Positions 30,845 to 44,630 of a stretch of DNA of 64,000 nt are shown piece after piece. Origin of the DNA: the human T2T-CHM13v2.0 reference genome, Homo sapiens; the NCBI RefSeq assembly GCF_009914755.1, contig NC_060927.1; one strand, written 5' to 3'. A model generated the notes under the pieces. That model saw only the letters and a list, made by a program, of their open reading frames with translations, had not been told where the DNA came from and did not search any database. Position 1 is the stretch's first letter. The number at the start of each line of letters is the position of its first letter. A program made the position numbers and the translations under genes.

Positions 30845-31729
30845 TACTCCATTTTTTTATAAGCATAAAATTACACTCATTCCTAGACCTTCACCTCCTA
30901 TACACTTCTGTGCTCAGGGCAGCTACGTATTTATGAGGCAAAGCCTCCCATTCAATTTTGAGAATAGGGAATTCACTCCTGATATCAGAGGGAGAGATGA
31001 AGCTGACCTACATGACACCTTAGCACAAAGAAAAATGTATCCTTCCCTCTGGGCGGATGTAGCTTTGCACAATGGTGCGGCTTGGCAAGTGGAATTCTAG
31101 CAGAGTTGTAGTCCTGATTAACTCCCTTGGCCAGCCATCTTTGTCTAACAGCCAAACTGCATGATCATACAAGGTAGCCGTGGGACTGGGATCCATGAAG
31201 ATTATTTCCTTAAGATTTTTTTTAGTAACTGACAAGGCAAGTAGACACAGTCACTTCACAGTTTGTAATTACTTATTTGCAAGATTTAATATCTGCTCCC
31301 AGTTTAATGAGTTCCATGAAAGTAGGGACTCTGTCTTTACTCACTCCATATGCCAGTGCCCACTATAGTGCCTGGCACATCATAAGCACTCATTACTTGT
31401 TCAATTCTCTTAATAGCTGTGGCTGCAATACTTTGGGAAGAGCAAAAAGATTATCTCATAACTCTTAGTTCATAACTCTCAGACATGACCGCTGTCCAGA
31501 AGTTTATGGCAAACACAAGAACCCACATGTAGAGAAGAGTGAAGAAGACAGGCAGAGACTGCTAGCTAGAAATGTTACAAATTCTAGACCATGGCCTACT
31601 ACTGCTTCTGCATAATGTCCTATTTAAATAGAGTAGCAATATAAATGACAAAATCTGTGACTGGCCCTTTACTGGTCACTGATATTTGCACTTTATCAAT
31701 GGCCTCCTGTTCCATCCAATACCATTCTT

Positions 31730-32350
31730 GTCTCTTTTTCAAATCCATTTTCCATAATACAGCCAGTGTGAAAACTGACCTGATTGAAGTATGGTTTCAG
31801 TTCAAAACCTTTCAATGGTTGCTGATTGCTTAGGAGAAAAAGGCACAAAGTTCTAATGATTTATAAAGCCCTCTGTGGTTTGGCCTTTACTTAGCTCTGC
31901 AAACTCACCTAGAGTCATTCCCTCTGCTTTCTACGCTCTAGCCAGCTCCTTTCTATGCTCCTTTCACTTCCCTAAGGACATAATGTGCTCATTGCTGCTC
32001 AAGGCCTTCAAACATGCTGTTTCCTCTGCCTAAAATACTTGTTCTCCCTATGACAATCTTCACTTACTTGACTCGTGCCTCCTATAGGTCTTAACTTATA
32101 TTGAGTTCTGAACACATACTGAAGGCATAAAGTGGGTCTCCCCACTTGCCCAGGAACTCTACCTTCTCTGTATCTTATTTTCCTCTGTAGTCCTGATCTC
32201 ATTTTGTCCCATTTATACATCTGCATGATCTGAGCAGCATCTATCCCTCTCACCACAGGCTGAAGGTCTATTTGGCTCAGCATTTATCCTCAGCATTACC
32301 CAGGGGTTTGGCATACAGCACAGATCCTGATGTTTACCGAATAAATGAAG
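31730..32350 (+). mobile_element. L2 3' region
   Basis: tcaaaacctttcaatggtt... through tggcatacagc...gaataaatgaa (L2 3' end). Confidence 0.7.
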
Positions 32351-32402
32351 GGACAGTTTTTAAAGATGACAGAGACATTTTTGAAACAAAAGCTTTCACA
32401 TA

Positions 32403-32408
32403 TTTATT
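32403..32408 (-). terminator. RPL39L: Polyadenylation signal AATAAA of RPL39L
   Basis: tttatt on the plus strand, ~20 nt from the retro-A remnant. Confidence 0.85.
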
Positions 32409-32574
32409 ACTGAATCCACCCTACTAGCACAGAGCATACAGAAAAACAGAAAAAAATATTCCCAGTAAAACATGTGCAACTGTCCAGGTAGTGGTGACAT
32501 TTTCAGCTTGATATCGTAAGATGATCGTGAACTTGATACAGCATAAATATGTGTGCCATCTCATGTGCAATTCC

Positions 32575-32871
<297 letters not shown>

Positions 32872-35399
32872 TCATTGCCACTCAGGATCCCACAGGCAGC
32901 TCAGGAGCAGCTCAGGAGCCAGCAGCGGTCTGAGGAGTCTGATGGCTGTTCTGGTGGATCAGCAGCAAAGGCAGGAGTCCCTTTGTTCCTACTGTTCCTG
33001 ACTTGATGCTACTCATTTCTCAGCAACATACTTCTGCTTCTCTTGTTAAATGTCCATCAAGAGGAATTATTTTCAACTTTAAAAAAGTTACGAACAGGTA
33101 ATACCAGTTCATTACAGAAAAATTAAAGCAATAGAACACTAAAAAAAACTATTATCCCATCTAGCTAGAAAAAGCCCCAATATTAACAACTTGATATTAT
33201 AAGAGCCTTCCAGTTAAGACAGATGTACATGCAGAATATTGTCTTTCTATAAATTGAGATATTGTAGATATTATTTTGTAACTACAACTTATCTAACTAA
33301 TATGTGACCCTTTTTTGGCAACTCTTTCTCAATAACCCTTTACATTTGGAGGTCTTAAATCTTTTCCAGTGTCCTGCTATGGCAAATAGTACAGAACAGG
33401 AAAACATGGTTGAAAATAGAAACCTATAAAACAAGTAATTCATCCCCACAACACTTAAAATATGAATGTATACATTTAAAACATGCGATTTGCTGTAAAA
33501 CTATCTCACGGTACTTTCATGTTACTACTATTTTAAAAGCCACTGGCTGTGCATACTAATATTTTTATCTAATTATCAAAATTGACCACATTGCCATCTA
33601 CTGAATTGCATGCTACCACTCCATTTAAAGATCTTGGGTCCTCCATAATTAACGAACATCAACCTGGGGCCAGAGACACAGTAGTTATTTTTAATGATTC
33701 AGATGCAAAATAATGTCTACATCTCAGATTGTGAGAGTAATTACATGATGGCAGTAAAGTCTTACTGCAAACAGTGTTGGAGATATACAAACAGTATGGA
33801 TCTGTCATGACAAAGGCATTTTTTTTTTAACTCTAAGATAATGGGGATAGTGGTAGTGTGCAAAAAGTATGACTGTTTCTGACTGTCTGAGTTCACACAC
33901 AGTGTCTAACCCAGTCTCTTCAGATGTGACCCAAGCTATTATCTTGGTTTCTGTCTTATGGCTCACTGTTGTGAGATGTTTATTCTATGTCTGGCATCTC
34001 CCCTAACATGCAGGCAGGAAGAAGAGAAAGAAAGAAAGAAAGGCAAAAGAGTACATGCTGTGAGGCTACCGGCTTTTAAGGAGCTTTACTAGGTATCTCT
34101 CTCAATACCTTTGATTACACCTTATTGGCAAGAACTGTGTTCCACTGCCATCCTTAGCAGTAATGAAGGATGGGCACTATAGTTTTTTAGCTGAGCACAT
34201 GATGCCCCTAACCCCACACAAATCAGGTTCTGCTAAAGAAAAAGGAAGAAGAATGAATAGCAGAGTAGATAACTAGCAGTCTTTGCTATAACAATTTTGG
34301 AAAAGATAATTTAGGATACTTCTGTGAATTTCAGCTCTCAAAATAACCAAAAGAAAATAGAGGAAAATTTAAAAAAGAGAAAAAGGAAGTTCTCAATAGA
34401 AATACCTATTAGTCTAGGTATTGAAAAATGGGGTGGAAAAAAAGTCCAAATTGATGGGCAACCCATAAATATCATGGTAAGGAAATACCAGAAGAAATAA
34501 GAGTGCTAATTATACTGTCTGCCTTTCAACCCTAATATCCAAACTTCAGACACTTCTGAGACAACTGCCCTAGTGGGGAGGCCAGTGTCCCCAGATTTGT
34601 ACATCTTCCCACTGGGAACTTTCAGGAGCAGGAGACTTTATGTGCAAGTAACAGATGAGTAGGCAACTAAGTTGGGGTATAGTGTGGGGTGTGGTTGAGA
34701 TACAAATGTTTCATGAAATATAAAACATTGAAAACTAAGCCGCAAGTATCCTTGTAGGAGTCTACAGGTTACGAGAATAACAAATAGGCCTGAAAATGCC
34801 AAATGGGTGATAAAGATAGGGAAAGTACACTACTATTTCTGCCCAATCCTTTTATTTTCTTCCCATACATTAGCAGCAAAGAACTTTTAGCTACCAATCA
34901 CAGTTCATCTTAAATTGACCACATGCTGACTTTAGCTAGCTATCTAGCAGACCCTGTTCTACCCTTTGTATATTAATTCCCTCTATACAATCTATCAGTG
35001 ACTATTTGGCTCCAACCACTTCAGAAAAAAAGTCTTCAAGAATACAGGGAAAGAACTAGACTGGGTTGCCAACAAACCCAGAGTCTTAACACCCTCTCCC
35101 TTGGGAACCCTGGTTGTACTGGTTAGGGTTCTTGAAGCCAATCTTGTTTGAAAGTCTTCTGTAAGAAAAATCTACTGTAGTAAGATAAAGAACTACAGTA
35201 GGACAAATAGTTTACTGTACTATTCCAAGTATTCATTTCCAATGAAGAGGATGATAGTGTGCTCACCTCTGGAGACACTTTGGGCTAGAAGCTCTGACCA
35301 GGTATTTCCTGAAAGCTCAATGCCAGTGACATACAGCTCTTAGCTAGAACTAACTCTCATGGAAACTTTTAAAAAGAAACTCAAAGAGATATCTGCTAT

Positions 35400-36600
35400 C
35401 TGCATTGGAGACAGTGAAAGAACTGAAAGAACTGGCTATAATGCCAACTGAAATAAGCTTATAGCCAGTAAGTCAGTAGTCCTCATTCTAGTACAATAGT
35501 AATGGTTATGAGGGCAGTTTTACCTTAAAAGGAATGATTACACTTAGGAATTGCCCCACACATCTCAGGTGATTCAGAGGACCTCAAGGAGTTCAATTTT
35601 CTCAAGAAAATATTGAATTACATACCTCTGGCTATATGCTAAGTTATCTAATTAGTCTAGAGGCTGCAAATACAGTATAATATAGATCCTAAGTACTGGA
35701 GATACACACTTCATTCCAGAAAATTGAGAGATGGGAAATCATGGTACCAAGTAAAAAAACTGGGCAAATTCTAGAAACTGGATAGCCTATGCAAAGGCGA
35801 AGTTTATTAAGTGATCATAAATGGAAGGCCTGCTGCAGTTGAAAGAAAGCACATGTGGAGATGGAGGCTCATGAGATTTATTAAATCTCTATCAGATGCA
35901 ATCATACTTGGCCATTTAACTGGCGCTTCAAGAAAGATGATATATCCCTAAACCCCGAGACATACATTTCCTGCCCCTTGCTGTCCTAAGCATAATCTTC
36001 AACCATATCTAGATGATTCTGAGAGTTCAAGGCACTAGTGCTTGTAAAATCAAGGTGCTCATAAGGGTCCCATTCTTTAACATCTATACTGAATATCAAA
36101 AATTGGACTCTGGATTTTGGCAAAAAGTATAGGCCCACTCCTCATTCTTCTACTTACTGGATATAGAGGTCATGTGCACACCAATGGCTGCCTGAGGAAT
36201 ACAGTAGTGGCAGCTATTTGGGCATAACTGGGGCTATTAAATGGTTAGACCACTTAAATTAGGCCATTAAATTAGACCACTGGGGCCATTAAATGGTTCC
36301 TCAAAATTCTTATTAGGCTCAGAAACAGAATTTGTTATATAATTTCCAAAGTTCAGTTGACTGAGCAACCTCAGCAATCAGTGATACAGCTATTATATAT
36401 GACCAGCTATGTAAAAGTAATGCCAAAGAAATGGTAGCCATAATAAATGTGGTCTAAAACCACATGTCTTTAGATCATATTCTAGCTGGGAAGGGAGGAG
36501 GAGCATGTGCTACTAAATAAGGCAAATACCTACATCCCAGACAACAAAACACATGGGATGCAATACGATATGTCTATAAGGAAGTGGTTAAACTGAGTGG
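35400..36600 (+). mobile_element. Highly decayed LTR-retroelement internal region (RT-like remnant plus env TM remnant)
   Basis: 36374-36545 translates AISDTAIIYDQLCKSNAKEMVAIINVV*NHMSLDHILAGKGGGAC../TYIPDN, like the env immunosuppressive domain. Weaker RT-like SPHSSTIVMV near 35480. Confidence 0.6.
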
Positions 36601-36885
36601 GCTTCATGGTGGTCCTGGCTCTCCATACCTTTTCATAAAGTAGGATTTTATAATAAGAAATGGAAATTTATACTAAGAAATTTTATACTTGTGAGAGCAA
36701 TATTTTGATTTTTAAGTGATAAGTTGTGTGAAAATAATGGTGGCATCATATTGGTTTAAAGGTCAATGTGTTGTTTTAAACAAAAGTTATCAACTAAGGG
36801 TTGGTTGGAGGTTGGCCATAACTTGCCTTGTAACTTAAGAAGTGTCATGGCTGGAAAGCCTCTATGTGATGTGAAAAGCACCCTT

Positions 36886-37282
36886 TGTTATTTGTAGCTC
36901 AGAACTGGAGAGTTCCTGCATCTTGTGGCTTTCTGAATCGCTGCACTCAGACAAGAAGAAGCACCTGCTGCCTGTTGACCACTACCTCTTCCTTACCCAT
37001 CCCTAATCACTGTCTTTCCACATGTGGTTACAGTGAGATACTAGATCCCCCATTCGACCACCTGCTGCCTGTTGATCAACTCCTCTTCCTTGCCTCTCCT
37101 GTCTTCCTTCCCCACTATATAAACCCCTAACTTTGGCTGGAGCGAGGAGATGGATTTGAGGTTTGGCTCTGGTCTCTCTGGTTGACATCAACTGTAAAAT
37201 AATAAGTCTTCCCTGGCAATACTTGCTTCTTTTTGTGCGGTAAGCAATGGGACCTAGACTGAGCCCCTAGTGTTTTGATATC
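36886..37282 (+). mobile_element. ERV1 LTR, MER39/MER34-like
   Basis: Contains tatataaacccctaacttt, gagatggatttgag and ttccctggcaatact, and ends ggacctagactgagcccctagtgttttgatatca. Internal duplication of cacctgctgcctgttga. Confidence 0.75.
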
Positions 37283-37555
37283 ACTATCACAAATCGTGAA
37301 GTGGATCTGTATTAGGCACACCTCTGCACTTTGTGAGGCTTTCTGAAGTTGTGGGAAGCATTTCTTGGAACCCACTGAGTAAATATCAGAGCACTCCGGA
37401 GTGGTTAAAGGTTATATTACTATTTAAGGTCATAAGGTTAAAGGTCATAAAATATTTTTAAATATGGAACTCCGGGAATCTTTTAACAAAAAAGTTTTTG
37501 TATCCAAACCATCTTGTGTGTCCCATGTCTGATTAAACTTGTAGACTAAAAATAA

Positions 37556-37916
<361 letters not shown>

Positions 37917-38599
37917 TGAAAAACCACAGTATTTTGAAAAATACTGTGCTTTATTAATTTATTTTCCATTTCTAGTAATGGTGGCCCAGGTTATTTAGGT
38001 CAGTCTGCCAGCTGAAAACAAACCAACTAAAAAACTGGGTAAAATATATTTCAAATAATATTTTAAAAAGCCTCAAAGAGATTACAAAATAGTAAGGAAT
38101 TATCAGGCCAAAAGTTAAGAGAAGCAAAGAATCAAGAGAAGTAAACAAGCCTGAAGCCACTTTTTCATGGAAAGCACTGCTAATCCCAGAACATTAGGAC
38201 CTCCATTTTGACAGCATTTCAGAGTACAGGGGAGATTGAAAACAAAACCCTGGGTTCATATAAGTTGGGGAGTCTGTCAGGAGACCTTCTCCTACAACAA
38301 TCTGGGATCCAAAATCTCAGAGTGAAGGTGAACAAGAATTGTAATAATGTGAATGCGCTGAGACTCCTCTGAGTTGTCCAGGAAATATCAAACTTTGAAC
38401 AGGTGGGCCCAAACTTGTGGTACCTGCAGGTACCCAACAAAAGCAAATATGTGTGATCTTTGGGACCAAGTATCTTAATTACAGGCCAGACAATTATTTC
38501 CACAAAATGACATTTCAAGTGCAATGACTAGCAGAGGGTCAAACATAACCAGCATATAAGAAAATTGGAATCAATGATTAAAACAGACAATAGAAAGAG

Positions 38600-38830
38600 A
38601 TCATTAGAAACTCTAGGTAGGACCCAGCATCTGTGTTTTAAAAGCCCATCCAGGTCATTCTGAAGCATGTTAAAGTTTGAGAATCATTGCTTTACATTTT
38701 TATCATATAAATATACATCCCATAAAAAATATATAAATGTAATACATCAGAGAATGGACCCAAGAATTTGCATTTCTAACAAATTCCCAGATGATACTGA
38801 TGCCACACCACACTTTGAGAACCACTAGTA
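38600..38830. mobile_element. MER5-like hAT fragments
   Basis: atctgtgttttaaaagccc..caggtcattctga..aaagtttgagaatcattg, and a second similar end at ~38760-38828. Confidence 0.65.
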
Positions 38831-39429
38831 TGAAAAAAGGAATTTTAGTATACAGGTAAAGATAGTGGTCACCTGTGTGGAGAAGGGCTGTTACTTAGAA
38901 GCAATATGCGTATATTTCCTAGAACGCTGGTAATTTTCTATTTCTTAGCCTGGGTAGTTATTACACAGGTGTCATTATTAAACTACACATTTACACTTTA
39001 GTGCCTATTTTAATGCATAGTGAGATAACTGGTTTCCCTTTCCCATTCAATCATACAGTTCAAATGCCATGGCGTAAATCCTGTCTACCATCATCCCACC
39101 ACCTTCATTTATAATCAGTGCCTAAAGTATAAAATGTAAAAGTTTGTGAAGTTCCAAGACATAACTCCTTTCACTTTAGTTTGCAATGTAATTTTTCACA
39201 AAATTAAATAGCTTTGAAAATTAAGATGAGAAAAGTTTAGTCTAAGTTTCTGAAAACCATATTTAAAACACTTGTTTAAAATTCAGATATACTATCTACA
39301 GCCTTCATCCCTAATTTAAAAATATCTACAAAACTAAAAAGAAACTATCTTAAATTTTTAACAAAGTGTCCAATTTTAAAAATTACACTTTTTTTTCACA
39401 AGTTGAAAGAAAGAGGAAGAAAATCCTAC

Positions 39430-39493
39430 CTTTTTCAAGTCTGAATTTCCTACTCCAAAGAGGCAAAGATGCTTGCTTCTCTCCAAATAAAAT
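39430..39493 (-). other. RPL39L: RPL39L 5'UTR exon 2 (64 nt)
   Basis: Acceptor ttttcttttcag|ATTTTA and donor AAAAAG|gtagga. The spliced junction gacttgaaaaag-tggtgtgtgg matches my recollection of the RPL39L mRNA. Confidence 0.8.
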
Positions 39494-39943
39494 CTGAAAA
39501 GAAAATATCCAGTGTGTAATGGTAACAGTAAGATCCTACTATTTTCAGTTAAACCTTACCTGTGGGTGAAAATAATGTTCATCAATTGGCCTGAAATTTG
39601 TGAAAACCTTAAGAGAAAATATGGGAAGTCTTTTTGCAGAAAGAGAGGCAATGACAACAAAATTGAAACACGTAATATTAAACTGATCAGTGCAGCCTGT
39701 GCTTGCTTTTGAATTCCCACTCACAAATCCTCAAACAACATTAATAAAATGTGGGATGTGTACACCTGTTTCTTGTGTTTATGAAAAATAAGCTCTTTGG
39801 GGGGATTAGATTCTTCCAAAAACTTCAAAAAACAGTAATATTTGCCATTTTTTTGATTCATGGTATCAACATAGTTATTATACAAGCCCTCCTCACCTTT
39901 CCTCTGTGAGGAAACCATTATAACAGTTTTTTAATATACATTT

Positions 39944-40106
39944 CTTTCTCTCTTTTTTGAGACAGGGTCTCATTCTGTTGTCCATGCTGGAGCAGAGTAG
40001 CATGATCCTAGTTCACTGCAGCCTCAAATGCCTGGCCTCGAGTAATCCTCCTGCCTCAGTCTCCTGAATAGCTGGGACTACAGGTTATGTCCCAGCATGC
40101 CTGGCC
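39944..40106 (-). mobile_element. Alu monomer (FRAM/AluJ right arm)
   Basis: Single arm; taacagtt direct repeat on the flanks. Confidence 0.85.
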
Positions 40107-41754
40107 TGTAACAGTTATTATAGTTACTGATTCTGGCAGCTAGGCAGTAGCTGTCTATGCCTTGTGATGTACCAGACAGGTATCTGAACAACCAAATAGT
40201 CCCCACGGCAAGGTCTGTGTGTAATGCTTCCCTGTGGCAAGCTATTGACTGAGGCTATGGCAAAAACATATGCAGTTGGGTTTCGTTATGCCTATAAACA
40301 TCATGATACGTCCAACGTCCATTTATGTGGTAACACCTAGCCAGACCCTATTATACCTCTTGCTTTGCTCAGCACTATTGTACCTCTTGCTTGCAGAGAG
40401 CTGTATGCACCCATCCCTTACAACGTCCTCTCCTTCCACTGTTGCAAAATGACCATATGTTATGATGCCTAATCATTATCATATCAACTACAGGCTATGT
40501 GGCAAGACAGTGATGATAGCTTAGCAAGGATTGTTTCTGAATATTGAATGTTAGATCCAGATGGTCAGACAAGTGAAAGGCAGTTTTTGCACCATGTGAG
40601 TTAATACACTGCAATTTCAAGATAATATAGCTCAGGATAAAAGAGGTTTGATAAGCTCGCTTCCTGAGCAGGTAGAACAACGGGTTTTAGTAGTCTAAAT
40701 ACATCTCCTAGGCGGATTTGGGGAGACGTGAAAAGCCACACACACTGAACACTGCCAATCCAATGTCCTCTGTGTCCTTTACTCATAATGTAACCTTCAC
40801 CAAGCCTCAAACCCAGTCTTCTCTGGGATCACTTCGATTTAGAAAGTAATAATCACTTTTTTAAACAAAAGCATAAACATGGCCTCGGAATAGAGCTGAT
40901 CTTAGGAGAGCAGTGCTCCTCCTCCTCCTCATTGACAACAATACCTTAAGCACATAATTCGTTCTACAAAAGGACATCCTCACTCAGTTCTTTTGAGTAG
41001 AAAATTCTAAATTATCCAAGACTTAGCTGAGCTTGTTATATTAAATGGTGTTTACCTGGTCTTAAGGATAAAATATGCTACAGTAAAGCACAAAATATGT
41101 AGTACCTTTTCATTAATGTCTACAAATTGTACTGGATTATGAACCCTCTATACCTTTTGGACTATAAAGTTAACCTTAAGAAACCAATCTATAAAATTGC
41201 TGCATTATATTTTTCAACACAATCTGAGTTTTCCTCCCTACTCCCAGGTCACCACTATACCCTCCCCTCCACCCTTTTTTTTTTTTTTTCTTTTTTGCCT
41301 TTGTGAGAATATCAGGCTCACATATAAATAAGTGCCACTTAATAAGAGCTGTATTGTATCATCTAGGTCACCCAGTAGGTATAGAGAGGACATTAGTGAT
41401 TTCCCTTGGGCTAGGCTAAAATACTTCATCTCATACATAGTTTTAATATACTTTGTTATAATAATCAGTTGGCTTAAAAAACCCATCATAGAACTCTCAA
41501 AGCATCCTACTCCTTCAAGACAGCCCTTGCCAAATGCTTTGAATATTCTTGTTGACTGTCCTGTCTTTCCTATGTATCCTCTTACAAGAACCAGTCTTGG
41601 GATTTGTGAGATATTCTAGTCATTTGTGAATCTACTTTGCTTCACATGAGTTGATAACATCCACGATGTCACCTTCAAAGCAAAGTTCTTTGTACTTTCC
41701 ATTCATTGGTTTTATTCTCTGACGTATTAAATCACAATTACTTTTGCACCAATC

Positions 41755-42160
41755 TAATAGTTTGGATATTTGTCCCCACCCAAATCTCATGTTGAATTGT
41801 AATCCCCAATGCTGGAGGTGGGGCCTAGTGGGAGGTGTTTGGGTCGTAGGAATGGATCCTTTGTGGCTTGGTGCTGCCGTCGTGACAGTGAGTTCTTGTG
41901 AGTCTGGTCATTTAAAAGTGTGTGGTACTTCCCTTTCCCCAACTCTCTCTCTCACTCTTGCTTTTGCCATGTGACGTGCCTGCTCCCACTTCACCTTCTG
42001 CCATGAGTAAAAGCTCCCTGAGGCCTCCTCAGAAGCAGAGCAGATGCTAGTGCTATGCTTCCTGTACAGTCTGTAGAAACATAAGCCAATTAAACCTCTT
42101 CTTTATAAATTACCCAGTCTCAGATATTTCCTTACAGCAATGTAAGAATGGCCTAACACA
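41755..42160 (+). mobile_element. MST (MSTB-like) MaLR solo LTR
   Basis: tagtttggatatttgtccccacccaaatctcatg...gaatggcctaacaca. Confidence 0.88.
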
Positions 42161-42625
42161 TTCTCAATCATTTGACAAAAATTTTCATCCTAAATATCTT
42201 CTGTATGGCAGGTGGTTTCTGAGCAATCTTTAATTTTGAAACTGAAAGTACTCAAGTATTTTATATGCAGAGGTAGGGCTGTTCTTACAAGTTTTTTTCT
42301 TTTTGTAGCACTTCCGCTGTTACTGAGTCATCTGCATCACATGACATTTGTATCAGATGGGCACAACTGTCTCTGTATTTCATGCTGTTTGTTGACTTAT
42401 GAGCCCAGGGCATCACTATACCACTTGCTAACTTACTTTCCTTAGCATGTCCTCTTTCAGCTTTCTCTACATCCTTGGTTGGCACATGACCTAAAATCAA
42501 AGTGGTATTTAAAAGGCTTTTTTCACATATACAACTCTCACTTTCTCTACATCATCCTGCAAGTTGAAATATTTTATCTCTTCTGTATTTGCGACCACTG
42601 TCACAGTGGTTAAAAGAACTCTGGA

Positions 42626-43000
42626 GGGCCGGGCACAGTGGCTTATGCCTCTAATCCCAGCATTTTGGGAGGCTGAGGCAGGCACATCACCTGCCTGCAT
42701 TTTGGGAGGCTGAGGCAGGCACATCACCTGCCTGATTTTGGGAGGCCGAGGCAGGTCAGGAGTTCAAGACCAGCCTGACCAACATGGTAAAACCCTGTCT
42801 CTACTAAAAATACAAAAATTAGCCAGGCATGGTGCCTGGTGCCTGTAATCCCAGCTACTTGGGAGGCTGAGGCAGAAGAATTGCTTGAACTCAGGAGACG
42901 GAGGTTGCAGTGAGCCAAATCACGCCACTGCACTCCAGCCTGGGAGACAGAGAGAGACTCCTTCTCATTTAAAACAAAACAAAACAACAACAACAACAAA
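42626..43000 (+). mobile_element. AluS with internal 37-bp tandem amplification
   Basis: cattttgggaggctgaggcaggcacatcacctgcctg occurs twice plus a partial third copy (42661-42755). TSD aaaagaact(c/g)tgga. Confidence 0.9.
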
Positions 43001-43009
43001 AGAACTGTG

Positions 43010-43250
43010 GAAACAAACTGCACAGGCTCAAGTCTCACTGCCACCACTAGCTGTTAGTGTGACCTTGAACACATTTCTTAGCCATGTTGTTCCTTTTTTC
43101 TAATCTGTAATATGTGGATAATAATATCTAACATCATAAGGTTGTTATAAAGCTTATGTAGGTGAGGATTTAGCATAGTAATGAGTGTAAAATATTTAGG
43201 ACAATGCTTGGCACATAACAAACACAATACAGGTCTTAGCTGTTATTTTT
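43010..43250. mobile_element. MIR
   Basis: MIR core: ctagctgttagtgtgaccttgaacac..tctgtaatatgtggataataat..gcttggcacata. Confidence 0.75.
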
Positions 43251-44630
43251 ATATCTACAGCTGTATAAAGCCTACAGTTGTTGAAATTATAAATGTTCCC
43301 AGTTTTAAGATTTCTGTGTTGATTCTGCTGTACTAATGTCACTATCTTGACTATTTAATAGGAAGATATCACATACACAGACTATAAGCTCCTCAAGAGG
43401 TTATATTTTTCTTGGATACTCAAGGATGCTCAGAAGAGTAATTGAGCACATGATAACGCTTTCGTCGTCACACCAGATACAGAGCATTTCCTTGAGGCTG
43501 CCTACCACATAACCATTAGTTATGGTTGCAGGGGTCACAAACACTCCTGGTTCCCACAATATCTGAAATAAAATAACACAATACCAGAGGTATTGCCCAT
43601 GGTAACATAAACCAAATATGCCCCCAGGCAGCTGATAGCAAGATTATACATGCATGTGTCACACACAGGCTTATTCACCCAGAGATGGTCAATATTAATG
43701 TTCAAAGATTACTGCTACACTCAGCCATCTTCCTTTGACAAGAGAGAATACAGATTTTTTTTGAAAAAAGTTTTGCTCAAAAATCTATGAAAGATGCTCA
43801 GTTTCTGGGGGTAAAGTATAAGTCTGGTGCTGGTTGAATGCTGACTACAGGTGTAGAAGGAATAGGTGCGGACCCACCTCTTCAATGAGAGTTCATTTAG
43901 GTAATCAGGTAAATCTGATGCTGACAGACAAAAGAATGGCAGATGCTGAAATGATTTTCCTTATTCTCTATTTTCGGGAATATTTCACAAGAACTTCCCT
44001 GCTTTAGTAAGAAACAGATGTTTCCCCCCGTATGGTTTATGGTTTCTCACTATCTCAAGAGCCACTTTTGTCCATATTCAACATGCATAAATATTTCAGT
44101 AATTTGTCTTCTGCCTAGGATGTAGAAACCTAGAAAGAGCATCGCTCCTATGCCAACAACCAGAAGAACTACGAAATAATTTTTCCTGAAACTCAGAGGA
44201 CTGAGGTTAGGAAGACCAACTGGACTTTCCCAGTATGAGAACTAAAAGTCCCATATCCTGGGAAATTCCTCAGATCCAGGCAAACTGGAACAACTGGTCA
44301 CCCCACCTAAGGTCACAGACCAATAAAGTAGCTTGAAATCCAAGGAAAGACTGACCTGGCAAAGGAGCAAAGGGACATGAGCACTGAAGAAGAGACATCA
44401 AGTACCTCATACACTGATAAGAATTCAGCTAAAATTGTTAATGAACTGCTAAAGGTCAAGTGTGGACCAGCATAAGAGTATAAAACCCCTGGGAGCCTCA
44501 GACATAAAGACAGTTTGCTTCCACTTTCAGTCTCTCTTCCATGATCTCTACTGGGTACTGATGGAAAAGACTTGGGACAAGGCAGGAGACTAGAGAGAGC
44601 CTCCTCGGTGGTGAAGATCTATTAGGGGAA

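Noticed and set aside
36006-36017. YLDD as the RT catalytic motif of the decayed element
   Set aside because: Its spacing from the putative upstream RT motif (~320 nt) is longer than I expect and the flanks are not RT-like, so it may be chance.
40121-40128. Alternative donor TCA|gtaact for fossil exon 4
   Set aside because: After subtracting the Alu monomer, the intron to 39903 would be only about 40-45 nt. The donor at 40173 fits better.
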